In this document: piece after piece, positions 12,830 to 28,209 of the stretch | Layout of the letters: every line of letters starts with the position of its first letter | Position numbering within the stretch: position 1 is the stretch's first letter | Assembly (NCBI GenBank): GCA_951406725.2 | Contig: OX597823.1 | Coordinates: forward strand, 100,812,001 to 100,876,000 | Length of the DNA: 64,000 bases | Direction of reading: 5' to 3' | From: Octopus vulgaris | Lineage: Eukaryota | Position numbers and translations under genes: made by a program | The notes under the pieces: model-generated | Told to the model about the DNA's origin: nothing | The model's input: the letters and a program-made list of their open reading frames with translations, nothing else | Databases searched by the model: none

Positions 12830-14790
12830 CATTATGAACAGTAGTGGTCCCAGGACAGTGCCCTGCGGAACACCGCTCACTATTTGCGTCTTTCAGAAAG
12901 TCATGAAGCCATTCTCCCAGTTTTCCAACTATGTTGAGATCACACAGTTTGTGACATATCATTCCATGATTGACTTTATCAAAGGCCTTTGCAAAGTCGA
13001 GATATATCACTTCCACATTTGAGTGGTTGAGCAGCCGTTTCAGCACCCAGTCATAGTGTTGTAGGAGCTGAGTTAAACAGCTTCTCCCTGGTCAGAAACC
13101 ATGTTGGGTGTCGGGCAGCAAGTCATTTTCTTCAAGGAAGGTGATCAGTTTCCTTCTGACTATTCGTTCCATGACCTTGCTGATGTGTGAGGTCAGAGAG
13201 ATAGATCTGTAGTTCTTGGCCTCCGCTCTGCTACCTCCTTTATGAATGGGGCATATTTTACCTTCCTTCAGTTTTCTTGGAAGTTTGCCAGCTGCAAGGA
13301 AGCTCTGAAAGAGGAACTGCAGTGGTCTTGCTAGGACTCTCTTACATGCTTTTAGGAGGATTGCCGGGAATCCATCGGGGCCAGTAGCTGAGTCTGTTTT
13401 CATTTCATCTATAGCCTTTATTACATCGTCTTCCTTTATATCGATGTAATCTATCGTCGCCGCCTCTGATTTTATATCTGCAGTGGTAAAGAAGTCAGTT
13501 GGATTGGTGATTTGGAGATGCCCAAGGGGTGGAGGGAAAACACTCTTGAATTTCTCATTCAGTATTTCACTTACCCTCATTGGTTTTCCTGTAAGTGTGC
13601 CATCCTTTTCAAGGAGTGGCCCTATTCTACAGTGCACCGTAGCTGTTTCTTTGGCATACCTGTAGAAAGCTCTGGGGTTAGATTTTATGTTGTCTATAGC
13701 CCAGGCTTCTTTGTCTGCTCTTTCCTTTTCATGGGAGAGTTGCAGACATTTTTCAATTTCCAACAGTTTTATTTTTAGGCGGGACTTTTCACTGCTTTCA
13801 ATCTGTTTGTTTAGGCGATTTGAAATTTTTGTACACCGTCTCATTAAAATTTTCCTCTCTCTGGGGATTTTGTTCTTGTGTACAGTGGCCTTTCTCTCTG
13901 GGACACATTTGTAGCACATGGCTTGCATTACAGACATGAATTGTTGAAGTTTCACGTCGATGTCTGGCGAGGAGAGACATTTAGGCCAGTTTTGTTTGAG
14001 GATCTCTTTCTCAATTTGTTTCCAGTTTGCATTATGGTAGTTCAAGCTGGAAAGATTCTGAGGGTTTCTTGTAGGCTGCATGTCCGTGTTCTCTTTTGGC
14101 CCGTACATGGTCAGCTCTACCATGTTGTGATCCGAGAGTAGTGTCGGTGTCACTTTCACATTATGGATGAGATCCATGTCATTTGTGAAGCAGAGATCCA
14201 GTGTGTTACCTGCCCTGGTTGGTTGGAGTATTACTTGCTCCATGTACAGGGTGTTGATGAGGTTCAGGAGGGACCTCGCCTGTCCTCGTTCACATCTTGT
14301 CATTCCTGGGAGAGAAAGGCCCTCGGGCCATCTGACATTGGGTAGATTGAAGTCTCCCATAAGAAGTACACTTATGTGTTGTTCTAATGTGATTAGAACT
14401 TCTATTTTTATAAGGCAGTCTTCAAACTTGCCCACATGGCTTGGGGAATCTGGAGGGCGATATGTAGCACACACAACTACATCAAGTTGCCTTATATGTA
14501 CAATTAGTGTGTCACACACCGAGTTTGAGTATGACAAGAGGACCTGGGGTGTGAGGTCCTCATGGATGTACATAGCAACTCCTCGATGACTCCTTTCTTT
14601 TCTGTCGGTCTGTAGCACAACATACTGTGGTATGTGTAACTCCGCATCTGCTATGTCCGGTTTCAGGTGTGTTTCCGTAAGTGCTATGCATAAGGCTTGA
14701 TTGCATGCAACAAAGTCTCTCAAGAACGGGATTTTTGTCCTGTTACTGAGTGTTTGCAGTCCTCTGATGTTCAGGAGGAGCATCGAGGTG
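12830..14790 (-). pseudogene. CR1/L2-group LINE ORF2, inverted segment (APE endonuclease plus N-terminal half of RT)
   Basis: LLNIRGL, ALTETHL, YRPP, LMGDFN, LDLCFTN, SDHN (APE); GPDGFP, NYRSISLTS, QHGF, YLDFAKAFDKVNH (RT). Confidence 0.92.
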
Positions 14791-14796
14791 AGGTGT

Positions 14797-15990
14797 ATGT
14801 TGGGAAACTGGGAGAATGGCTTCATGACTTTCTGAAAGATAGAAGTCAGGTGGTAGTAGCCAATGGGGCCACTTCCATTAACACGCAAATAGTGAGCGGT
14901 GTTCTGCAGGGCACTGTTTGGGGACCACTACTGTTCATAATGGCCCTCTCAGACATGCCCTCAGCCACACAGAGAGCCACGATCACAAGTTATGCAGATG
15001 ATACAAAAGTTTCACAGGCAATAGAGAACCCTGAGGACACTAAACGCTTGCAATGTGAGCTGGACAAAATATACAAGTGGGCTGAAAAGAATAGCATGCA
15101 GTTCAATGCTGAAAAGTTTCAAGCTTTATACTATCAGCATGCAAAACTAAATGTAATACCCAATGAATACACTGGACCCGGAGGATTTGCAATCCCAGAG
15201 GCACAATCAGTGCGTGACCTGGGTATTTACATGAGTGATGACGCAACCTTTCGTGTACATGTTGCTAAATTGGCAATGAAATGTAGACGACTGGCCGGAT
15301 GGATTCTCAGAACCTTTAGAACAAGAGAACAAGAAACCATGATGGTCCTCTGGAGGACACTTGTCCTAAGCCACTTTGACTATTGCTCTCAGTTATGGTC
15401 ACCATCCAGCGTCAAGTTGATCACAGAACTTGAGGCGATCCAACGTAGCTACACGAAGAAGATAGCCTCTATGCAGAATATAAGCTACTGGGAAAGACTC
15501 AATAGATTAAAACTATATTCCTTGGAGCGTAGGCGGGAAAGATATGCCATAATATACATCTGGAAGATCCTGGAAGGACCTGTCCCAAACTTTGGCATCG
15601 AGAGTTACACAAATGCCAGAACTGGGCGCCACTGCGTGGTGCCTAGGACTCCAAATTTGCCATCAAGATGTAGGACAAGATATTGTGATAGCCTGGGCTT
15701 CTGAGGCCCACAGCTCTTCAATATCCTCCCGAAGAACCTAAGAGACATGCATGAGGTGGATGCAGATGTCTTTAAAATGAAACTGGATCTCTTCCTGTCA
15801 GGTATCCCAGATGAACCAACTTCACGGCAGGAGGTGCAGATGAGGGCAGCTGCATCGAACTCTCTCATGCACCAAATGGCAGTTGCTAAAAAGCTTTCAT
15901 GAAGTAAAACCATGTAGCAACACCAAATGGCGGTGCCCCAGCATGGCCGCAGCTCATGAGCTGAAAATAGAATCAATCAATCAATCAATC
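14797..15990 (+). pseudogene. Same LINE, sense 3' segment (rest of RT, 3' UTR, (AATC)n tail)
   Basis: VGKLGEWLHDFLKDR..SGVLQGTVWGPLLF..YADDTK..VRDLGI..SLERRRERY; ends in a stem-loop plus (aatc)n. Confidence 0.92.
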
Positions 15991-17708
<1,718 letters not shown>

Positions 17709-18001
17709 CTAGCAGTATCGCCCGGCGTTGCTCGGGTTTGTAAGGGAAATAACTATATAAGCATTTTTAGAGAGTTATAGCCAAAAAATAGCAAAAAAAT
17801 GCATTAAAATGGAAAAATATGATGGTAAATTTTTTTTAAATCGTAGACTCATCGTAGACGCGCGCTAATACCCAGAAGGGCTGATATGAATCACGACTAT
17901 AAGATACCCGCTTTTGGTTAAACTGCACCGCAAAATGTGGGAGTAGTTACAAATCTAAATCGTAGGAGACAGACACACAACTTCCCTTTTATATTTAAAG
18001 A
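17709..18001 (-). mobile_element. Non-autonomous Helitron, shorter relative of the 10451-10963 copy
   Basis: ctagcagtatcgcccggcgttgctcgggtttgtaagggaaataactatataagc is the reverse complement of the 3' end of the 10451 copy; it lacks the central ~200 bp. Confidence 0.85.
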
Positions 18002-18179
18002 TATAAGCCACGTAGTTATATACACATACTTAGTTATATACACATTCTTAAAAGAAAATGTTATTTTGAACACAACATTTATAAAGAAGAAAATATTTTT
18101 TGGTTTTTCTTTTAAACGGATGCATACATTTATTAATAACTATATATAAGTGTCGTCTGTTTATACATAAACACTGTTT

Positions 18180-19046
18180 CATACTGCAAGCTCGGCTCGC
18201 CAATTAATACTACCAAAATTTAACGACAGAAAGTAAAATAAAAACCAATTTACCTTCTCTGTATTATCATAGCAATTCGACCGTCCGTGTGTCTTTGCAA
18301 ATGTGTTGGAATGAGAAGTGAGTTGTGTTTTGGCGCCTTTTTACTAATAACAAACACACACGTGTTTGTATGTAGTTGTTTGAAACGTTTGTGTTTGTCA
18401 CTGTCATATATGTATGTGTATGCGTGTGTGTGAGGAATGACACACACACACTCACGCACGCACACATGTACATCAATGCTTTCGGAGTGAAATGTTAAAA
18501 TATTGAGTTTTCTCGAATTTTGTCTTAATTGGGGGTAAAATTGAAAGAAATTTTGTATGGCATGACCCAATGGAAGTACTTTGAAAAATCATGGGTAAAC
18601 TCTAATTGAGGAAATTGTGTGAGGAGTAAATCGTTATGTATTTATTTGTTTCTGTTTGCTGTGTTTTTTTTTTAGTAGTGGTTTAAGGTACACTTCTCTC
18701 GTTTTATCGAAATAGTTTCACTTTAATCGTTGCAAACTTGCAAAGAAAAAGTCGTAGAAATTAGAGTGATAGCTTGAGTGAATCAGATCGCTCCCTTTTT
18801 GTGTGTGTGTGTGTGTGCGTGTGCTATAGCCCACACTAAGAAAAGCACTTGACTCACACACCACAATGTGAGTTTTCTCTAAATTTTACTTAATTGGGGT
18901 TGAAATTTTAAAAACTGGACCTGGCACGACCCGATGCATTCTACTCTTAAAAATGCTAGGTAAATTGTAATTGAAGAAATCCTATATTGTAGATTTCTAT
19001 AAGAGACAAAGGGAGGCAGATAAAATCTGCCTTTTATAATAAGAGA
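18180..19046 (-). mobile_element. Probable Helitron-like element of another family, with a diverged internal direct repeat (18500-18615 vs 18868-18985)
   Basis: Minus-strand start A|TCTCTTATTATAAAAGGCAG resembles Helitron 5' ends; the 3' CTAG terminus was not located. Confidence 0.4.
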
Positions 19047-19084
19047 TATACATTTTTCTTTTTTCCAGTTTCAGCTAATATATA

Positions 19085-19178
<94 letters not shown>

Positions 19179-19364
19179 ATACTACAAAATTAGAAAATGG
19201 AGAAACATACTTAAATCAATAAAACATCAACTATCAGATGATACCCAATCAATACTTTATTACACCATTACATATCAGTAAAGGCATTATACAAAATATA
19301 CAGTAAATGTAAATAGACAAAGAGATATAAATAAAATTTCAAATATAATATGTAATTAAATCAT

Positions 19365-19476
19365 ATCTGACAGCTGTTACGGCAGCAAGGGCAGTCATGC
19401 CTCATTTAACCTATAAGCCATAAAGGCAGGTATAAATGAGGCATTAACAAGGATGCCCCACGGCCTCTTCAGAGAA
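19365..19476 (-). ncRNA. Hammerhead motif with long stem II, core mutated (GAAA>GTAA)
   Basis: Minus strand: ttct-CTGAAGA-ggc...atgcctcattt/aaatgaggcat...gcc-GTAA-cagctg-TC-agat, within an AT-rich pLTR-like region (~19180-20450). Confidence 0.6.
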
Positions 19477-20450
19477 TTAAATTTGTTATAATTGTGAAAA
19501 AATTATTTTTCCATATACATATAAATATAAAAATATAAAAATGTAAAATATAAAAACTTATGCATAAACTTCATAATGCTACACTTATATAATATAATAC
19601 TCATTGGTACAATAATGCAAGGTAAACAAAACAAAATAAAACAAAATATATATCAGTGTATATATTAATATTAATAAGCACAGTTATTATACATATTTGG
19701 CTAATAGTTTTAAAAAACTAACACATAGGGAGATGAAAAATAATAATTAAAACCATGGTTCAGTTCATAAAATTATAAAGCTATAAAAGTCAATAAAAAT
19801 TACTATTAATATTAATAATAATAATAATAATAATAATAGATACAGTTATGTTTGCACCAAGTCCATCCTTTCAAGATCGAAATAACTATGAGTTTAGAAA
19901 TTCTGACCACTAGGTAATGATTATTTAGATTAATTCGATTGGCTAGTAGTTTGAAATTTAAATCACAAAAGAAATTTTACGGTTAGTTAGTCAAGGAACG
20001 CCAATATTCACATGCGCATCCACAGATCAATCACACATACATACATAATTATATGTATACACACACACATACACTTATACACATACATAACCACAAGCAA
20101 CAACTAGCACATAGATAAACAAATAGGGGAGCAACTATGCTGCCATTTAGTCTTTCAAAATTATAACTATGCCTCAAATAACAAAAAAGATCCACTCATG
20201 CATTTCCATAAAATATTTATTTTAAAGATATATATATTTTTAAATATCAGTATGTTACGATGTCAGATACTATTTCATTGGGTAACTTAAAATTTATAAC
20301 ACCGGTTTATTGCATAGTAAACATACCGGTTATTAGATTTACCGTAAGTTTGTTATGATTCCAAGTACGCTAAGTTGTAAAATATATATTAATTTATATA
20401 TTATAAATATATCTCTTTTTTACTTAATAAATTCAATGGCATAATATACC

Positions 20451-20704
<254 letters not shown>

Positions 20705-20715
20705 GTATGTATATA

Positions 20716-21008
20716 TAAATTGATCAAAATAAAAACATGATGCCAAGGATTCAGCGGTACATATGTTTCGGGCCTTTATTAGACAGATTTATAACAATGC
20801 ATAATGTATGTCTGTGGCCTTCTGTGGTCACAGACATACATTATGCATTGTTATAAATCTGTCTAATAAAGGCCTGAAACATATGTACCGCTGAATCCTT
20901 GGCATCATGTTTTTATTTTGATCAATTTACTCCACCACCTACACCACCAAACGGTATACACAGGTGCTTATAATTATCAAGTACTCACCCCGAATTTCTG
21001 TACTCAAC

Positions 21009-21012
<4 letters not shown>
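20716..21012 (+). mobile_element. Penelope-type palindrome (~104-bp arms) carrying the 3' half of a hammerhead, plus a 3' extension
   Basis: Arms 20716-20819 and 20826-20929; GAAA-catatg-TA at 20876-20887; flanked by (TA)n. Confidence 0.7.
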
Positions 21013-21045
<33 letters not shown>

Positions 21046-21352
21046 TCATCATCATCATCACCGTTTAGCGTCTGTTTTCCATGCTAGCATGGGTTGGACG
21101 GTTCAACTGGGGTCTGTGAAGCCAGAAGGCTTCATCAGGCCCAGTGAGATCTGGCAGAGTTTCTACAGCTGGATGCCCTTCCTAACGCCAACCACTCCGT
21201 GAGTGTTGTGGGTGCTTTTTCCGTGCCACCCGCACAGGTGCCAGACAGAGCTGCCAAACGGCCATGAATGGATGGTGCTTTTTATGTGCCAGGCGAGGCT
21301 GGCAACGGACACGAACAGATGCTGCTTTTTACGTGCCACTTGCACGAGGCCA

Positions 21353-21404
<52 letters not shown>

Positions 21405-21407
<3 letters not shown>

Positions 21408-21968
21408 CACTTTTTTATCCAAGGGGAAGCAATAGGAGCAACAACCACAGGAACACCACAAAATTCAAAGATAGACCAAACACATGCAAATCTTATATAC
21501 TAGTTTATATCTATACAGTCCGACATATTAGAAATTAAAAAATTCAGTAATATATAAGTATCATATACTTATCATATACATATACAAATAAAAATATAAA
21601 TACAAATATAAATAAATATACATGTAAATTTTGCATATAACATGCTTAAAACAGTTTTAAGCGTGTTATATGCAAAATTTATATTTATATTTATTTTTAT
21701 ATTTATATTTTTTAGATTTATATTTGTATTTATATTTTTATTTGTATATGATACTTATATATTACTGAATTTTTAAATTTCTAATATGTCGGACTGTATA
21801 GATATAAACTAGTATATAAGATTTGCATGTGTATGGTCTATCTTTGAATTTTGTGGTGTTCCTGTGGTTGTTGCTCCTATTGTCTCCACTTGGATAAAAA
21901 AGTGTATACAGCTCATTGGAGCACTTCTATTTCCAGTCCGTTGTATATCTTGAGTGTTGTTACTCAAG
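21405..21968. repeat. ~250-bp-arm palindrome centred at 21653 with a short right-hand extension
   Basis: atacactttttt...gcttaaaac-a-gttttaagc...aaaaaagtgtat; flanked by (TA)n; no hammerhead core seen. Confidence 0.85.
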
Positions 21969-22029
<61 letters not shown>

Positions 22030-22148
22030 TTATACATACATACATATAGTAGTAGTAACAGAAAAGAGGAATTTCGATTATCCCCATCTAGTGGGTAGTA
22101 ATGTATATAAGAAATTAAAAGATATAAAAAATCTTGCACAACAAAATA

Positions 22149-22188
<40 letters not shown>

Positions 22189-22191
<3 letters not shown>

Positions 22192-22951
22192 TCATCATCA
22201 TCATTTAGCGTCCGCTTTCAATGCTAGCATGGGTTGGACGGTTCAACTGGGGTCTGTGAAGCCAGAAGGTTGCATCAGGCCCAGTCTGATCTGGCAGTGT
22301 TTGTAAGGCTGGATGCCCTACCTAACGCCAACCACTCCGTGAGTGTAGTGGGTGCTTTTTATGTGCCACCCGTACAGGTGCCAGACGGAGCTGGCAAACG
22401 GCCACGGACGGATGGTGCTTTTTACGTGCCACCGGCACGGGGGCCAGGCGAGGCTGGCAATGTCCATGATCGGATGTTGCTTTTACATGCCACCGGCACG
22501 GGGGCCAGGCGAGGCTGGCAATGGCCACGAATGGATGGTGCTTTTTACGTGCCACTGGCACGGAGGCCAGTCGGGGTGGCGCAGGCAACGGCCACGATCG
22601 GATGGTTCGCTTACTGGCACTGGTATCACAGCTGCAATTTCCATTGATGTTGATCGGCTTCGATTTTGGTTCTGCTTTCTGATATCTGATTTGATTTGGT
22701 TTGATTTTGATTTTGATTTTCACTTGCCTCAATGGGTCTTCACAAGTGGAGTTTTGTGTCCCAAGAAGGAAAGGTATGTATAAGTCGACTGGCTACATAC
22801 CAGGTAGAGGCCACGGATTATGGTCTCACTAGTCTTGCCGGGTCTTCTCACGCACAGCATACTTCCATAGGTCTCGGTCTCTAGTTATTTCCTTGGTGAG
22901 ACCTAAAGTTCGAAGGTCGTGCTTCACCACCTCGTCCCAGGTTTTCCTGGG
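22189..22951 (-). mobile_element. RTE-LINE 3' fragment; a similar copy lies at 37420-38265 (-)
   Basis: [19 protein letters not shown]..., 3' UTR with ~60-bp subrepeats (ggtgctttttacgtgccaccggcacg) and a (CAT)n tail on the + strand. Confidence 0.88.
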
Positions 22952-23013
22952 TCTATATATATATAAATAAATATATACATATATATATATATATAAATAT
23001 ATATCTATATATC

Positions 23014-23109
<96 letters not shown>

Positions 23110-23483
23110 AATATATACATATATAAATATATGTATATATACTATTATATACATGACCCGACAAATCAAGTGAATTCATGGCTCTCAGGATGGCCTGCTA
23201 TGCTAACCTTGGATCATAGGATGATCCACTGTGCTTGAGGAGACCTATTGAGTCAAGTGCATCAGCATTAAAATCAAAATCAAATGGAAATTGTAGTTGT
23301 GCCATGCAGAGAGAAAAACAGCCAGATGGAGGAAAATTCTTCATATATAGAGAAGATCCAAAAATTAAATTGCAGAAGACAAAAAGAGAAACGAATACTT
23401 AATGAAGCTAGCCAGGAATCATGAAGTGGCACATAATGTTGACTCTTGGAATATTTTTGTTTAAGATGTTGAATTTGTGTATA

Positions 23484-23567
23484 TTCACCTGAAGAAAACG
23501 TTTGTTATCACATGATGTAATAACTCTATTCATCAATAAATGTCTCATTTGAAACAGCTGAAGTGAA
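23484..23567 (+). ncRNA. Hammerhead motif with long stem II, cleavage triplet mutated
   Basis: ttcac-CTGAAGA-...-GAAA(23551)-cagctg-AA-gtgaa; 5-bp stem I intact. Confidence 0.65.
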
Positions 23568-23869
23568 CGAACCAATTCCCATGTTATTTGTTTTATTATT
23601 CACTTTACTCATAACCTGCAATTAGCGTGGATCTGAAATCTGTTAAGTGCAGTGTGTGCTCCTAGGTACAGCCTTGAGAATTGTGGTTTATCATGTTGGC
23701 TGCTTGTGATCGTATATACAATTGAAATTTTAATCCGTCCATACATCAGTATGTACATATACGTTCATACTGTTTTTGTTTTGTACATGATTGCCATTTC
23801 TTTGATCCAAACTGTGTGCTTTACTATTTGGATACCTGATTCACTTGAATCTTGAACTCATATACATAG

Positions 23870-24560
23870 TAGAAGAAAACACATAGTTCTCCATTTCTCA
23901 TCCGGCTGCAACCATCAGCTGAGCACCATGATTCAACAAGATTTCGGCCCATCAGGCTCAGTATCTCTCTACACAGTGGGCTTGCAACAGCTGGACGTAT
24001 TGCATTGCATCCCACTCATGACAGTTCTGCGGCCTTATCCACATTCATAAACCTCCTGGTGATCCAAGCACTACCCTCAACTGCTTTCTCCCTACATTCC
24101 TTGATGGTCTTCCTCACAGTAGACACACTAGCCATCTTTAGAAACCTTCTGAGAGAAGCTGCTGGGAAACCCCTGCAGTTGGCCTCAAACGCAACCAGCA
24201 CGCAGATGTAACCCTTCTCCTGAATCTCAGCTACCAGCTCTTCATAACCTAACAGTTTCCACTCATGGGCCTCAGCTATACTCTCCTCCAATGGCACAGT
24301 AAGCTCTCCAAGGACCACACGTCTCTGACCCTCATCTACCAAAAGTAGGTTGGGACAGAGTGCTGACACAACAATGCTTTCAGGCAATGGCTTGTTCACA
24401 AACACCTCCCATTTTCTGTCTTCGCCCTCACACCTTGCTTCACAAATGCTGTCATGTGTCTCTTGCAACAAAGTTTAACAAGAAATTATGTCTAAATGTA
24501 TACAGTCCAGACTGGAGTGCTTTTGGGCAAGCTTACAACATGTGTTTGAGGCTAAGTTAA
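23870..24560 (-). pseudogene. Restriction-like-endonuclease LINE C-terminus (HERO/R2-group-like)
   Basis: HDSI...PNLLLVDE...LGELTVPLEE...YEELVAE...FEANCRGFPAASL matches the RHD / PD..ELTVP.EE pattern. Confidence 0.75.
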
Positions 24561-25914
24561 GGGGACACAAACAAACCAACACTAATTGTCAAGTGGTGGC
24601 TGAGCAAACACATAAACACACACATACATATGAAGGCAATCTTTATCTCCAACTCAATGTAGATATATTGTTAGAGCACCAAGCACTGCATTATACTTTG
24701 AGATGACCTGTCATGTGGGCACATGGTGCAAGCATCAGGTTTATTATATTGCTGGTGGATGAGAAGCAAGTGCTTTGGGCATTGGGATACCTTCATTTGA
24801 AATAGTTTGCAAAACTATAATAAAACTAATTTTTGAACAGAAAGAAATAGTCCAGGAAAATTTATTTAAAATATTTATCTTCTCTTACACACCTTAAAAT
24901 TATAGTTAACATCTTTAACAAAGAAAAAAACTGAAATAAAAAAGATCTCTCATGAACTTGTCTGTTAATTGGTGTGAAGGTGTTATATAAATGAATCCTT
25001 GTTTATCTTTTTCAAGCAAACTCGTTTTTATAAAATTGAAATAACACAGAAGAAATGACCAAATAAGGTAAACTAAAAATAAGTAAATATTAGTAAACTG
25101 GACTGTGCCAAATGCATTTTGACCATTTAGGTGAGTTGACAGTCTTTCGTTATTTAACTAAGATGTTTTAAACAAACACAGCTTAAGTTTCTCTTTCATT
25201 CGGGTTCTGGTATAGAATATTTCAATATTTGAACGAGTGTGATCATTGATAGAGTGGCTAACCGGCTTCCATGCCAGTGGCACATAAAAGGCACCATTCG
25301 AGTGTGATCGTTACCAGCATCGCCTTACTGGTACTTGTGCCCGTGCTAGTAGGGTGCCAAGAGCACCATCCGAGAGTGATCGCTGCCAGAGCAGCGAACT
25401 GGCTTCTGTGCCTGTGGCACGTAAAAGGGTACCATTCAAGTGTGATCATTACCAACGTCACCTTACTGGCACCTGTGCCGGTAGTACGTAAAAAGCACCC
25501 ATACGGAGTGGTTGGCGTTAGGAAGGGCATCAAACTGTAGAAACTCTGCCAGATCAAGAGTGGAGCCTGGTGCAGCCATCTGGTTCACCAGCCCTCAGTC
25601 AAAATCGTCCAACTTATGCTAGCATGGAAAGCGGACGTTAACCAATGATGATGATGATGATGAACTTGATAAGAATGTTGTGAGAAGAGATTCATGGAAA
25701 TACTTTCAATGATTTTACAGACTAAAGAATGTCTCAATATTTCAAAAATAAGTTACAGCCAAAGCTGAGAGATTAAGAAGTTTACATCCTAACAACAAAA
25801 TCTCAAGTTCAGTCTTACAGCATGGCACCTTGAGCAAGTTTTTTCTGCTACAACCCTAGCTCAACTTAAGCCTTGCAAGTGGATTTGGTAGAAATAAACT
25901 GAAAGAAACCCATC

Positions 25915-25952
<38 letters not shown>

Positions 25953-26121
25953 TTATGCATGCATGTATGTATAGGACAACAGGCAAATTTGTGAAATGTT
26001 CCATACATTTTAAGGTGCAGGTGTGGCTGTGTGGTAAGAAGCTTGCTTCCCAGTGATATGGTTCTGAGTTCAGTCCCACTGCGTGGCACCTTGGGCAAGT
26101 GTCTTCTACTATAGCTTCAAG

Positions 26122-27050
26122 CTAACCAAAGGCTTTCTCTGCGTTGACAAAAGCCAGGTATAGGGGTTCATTTTTGAGTAAATATTTCTCCTGAAGTTGC
26201 CAAACCAGGAATATAGCACAAGTTGTGTTCCTGCCTGGTACAAATCTGAACTGCATCTTATCTACACTAACTCTCTTCCTAATTAGTTGAGCTATGACCC
26301 TTTCAGTGACTTCCATCACCTGCTCTAGCAATTTGATGCTTCTGTAATTATTCCTGTCTAAGGTGTCACCTTTACCTTTGTAGCAGTTAACTACAATATT
26401 GCTACACCAATCATTGGGTATGACTCCTTTGGGCACAACCTGATTCTCTCCCTATACAGGTGACAAAGCTATATCCTACCCTGCCAAATATTTTAAGCAT
26501 CTCAGTGGTGATTCCTGATGGGCCAGGGGCTTCTCTTTCTTCATATCCTTGATTGCTTTATCAACCAAGCTACTGTCGATATGGATATCTGGTCCCTCAG
26601 CTAGGTCAACATTTGACAGACTCTTCTCTCATTCATTCTCAACATTTAGCAGCCTTTCATGATGGTGTTTTCAAGCCTCTTTCTTTGCAGAATCATTAAA
26701 TGCATGTGAACCATCATCCACAGTCACAGTTCTCTCCTATGACATCATCATTTTCTCTCACACACTCTCTTGCAATCTGAAACATAGGCAGAATATAGGC
26801 AAAGTTCTTCTTTTCTGCTTCTTCGCTGACTAGATATATCTGTCTCTTGGCTTCCCTTCTGGTTATCTGATACAGTTCCCTGCTACCCTCACACTTCCAG
26901 TACTTCCAAACCTGTTTCTTTGCTCTAATGGCTTTGTCTACAACATCATTCCACCACCATATTGCTCTAGGTCTGGATGGGACTTGGCACCAGCTGCAGA
27001 TTTGGTCTGTGGCACTCAGCAAACTGTCCTGCAGGAATTCCCCGTGGCCC
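26122..27050 (-). pseudogene. RTE LINE internal fragment (pre-RT and RT N-terminus)
   Basis: WWWNDVVDKAIRAKK; IPNDW..YKGKGD..NYRSIKLL..MQFRF..YLAFVNAEKAF. Confidence 0.85.
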
Positions 27051-28168
27051 TCTATGTTACAAATATGGATGGATGGATGGATGGATAGAGTGATAAATTG
27101 AGATTGATAGACAGACAGATAGATAAATAGATAAAAATAGGTGAACAAACAAAACATAAAAAAGATATGTTGAGTTAGATTTGAGACAGATGGACAAGCA
27201 GCCAGACAAACAGGTGGACAAACAGATACATAAACAGAAATATTGAGTACGATAGATTTATAGACAGACATACATACAGACAGACGGACGGACGGACGGA
27301 TGGATGGACGGATGGACGGATGGACAGATGGATGGATGGATGGATGGATAGACAGATAGATGGATAGAAGGCACAGGCAAATAGATGGATAGATACCTTT
27401 ACATGTGTCTTACATACCAAATGAACCTTTTCTACTTATCATCCACCAAAATCTTTTTCAACAAGGTGAAAGCAAAAGTAAAACTTCTTATTTATCTATT
27501 TATTTATATATATTTATGTTTATTTATTTATCTACATATACAGATAATGGTTGGGGTGTGGTGGGAATTGAAGTAGCTTTTGTTTGTTGTAGGTTTTTAT
27601 CTCTTAGACTTAATAGAGCCTATAAAAATACAAATGCAGCTGGTAATATGACTAGGATCATGTTATAAGTCAGATTATTTGGGAGAAAACAAGGCAAATG
27701 AAATAGGAGAAAGAAAAAGAAAGTGGAGAAAGAGAGAGAGAGGGTGGTGAGGAAGAAGAAGAGAGGGAGAAAGAGAGAAGAGGAACAAAGAGAAAAGAAA
27801 GACAGAGAGAAAAGAAAGAGAGTGTGTGACAAGGAACTGTGCAAAACCCAACAGCTCTCAACTCGAAATGGCTAATTAAATTTCTAAATTTAGGGACTGT
27901 TCTTGTGAGGTGCTGAACCAAGTGTGCTGCTGACAGTGATGAAAGTGATGGAGGTGGTGGTGACGATGATGTTGAAGTTGGGGTAGGGGCTGATCAAAGT
28001 GGGATCTGAGGGAGGTCAACCTTTGTAATGAGGATTGGGGAGAATGAGAGAAACTAATAAAACAACTCTGGCAAAATTCTTCTATGATAGCAATGATAAT
28101 GGTGATGATGGCGAAGGGGATGATGCTGTTGATAAATATGAAGAGGCTGATGTGTGTGTTTGTGTGTG

Positions 28169-28206
<38 letters not shown>

Positions 28207-28209
28207 CAT

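Noticed and set aside
14790-14888. N-terminus of the 598-aa ORF as a genuine start
   Set aside because: It is the antisense of the adjacent sense LINE segment read across the inversion junction. The same applies to the first ~33 aa of ORF 14697-15704.
22340-22625. Regularly spaced ~60-bp repeats (also 25260-25500, 29490-29790, 37580-37915) as a CRISPR-like array
   Set aside because: Degenerate subrepeats of the RTE 3' UTR with related spacers; eukaryotic context and no cas genes.
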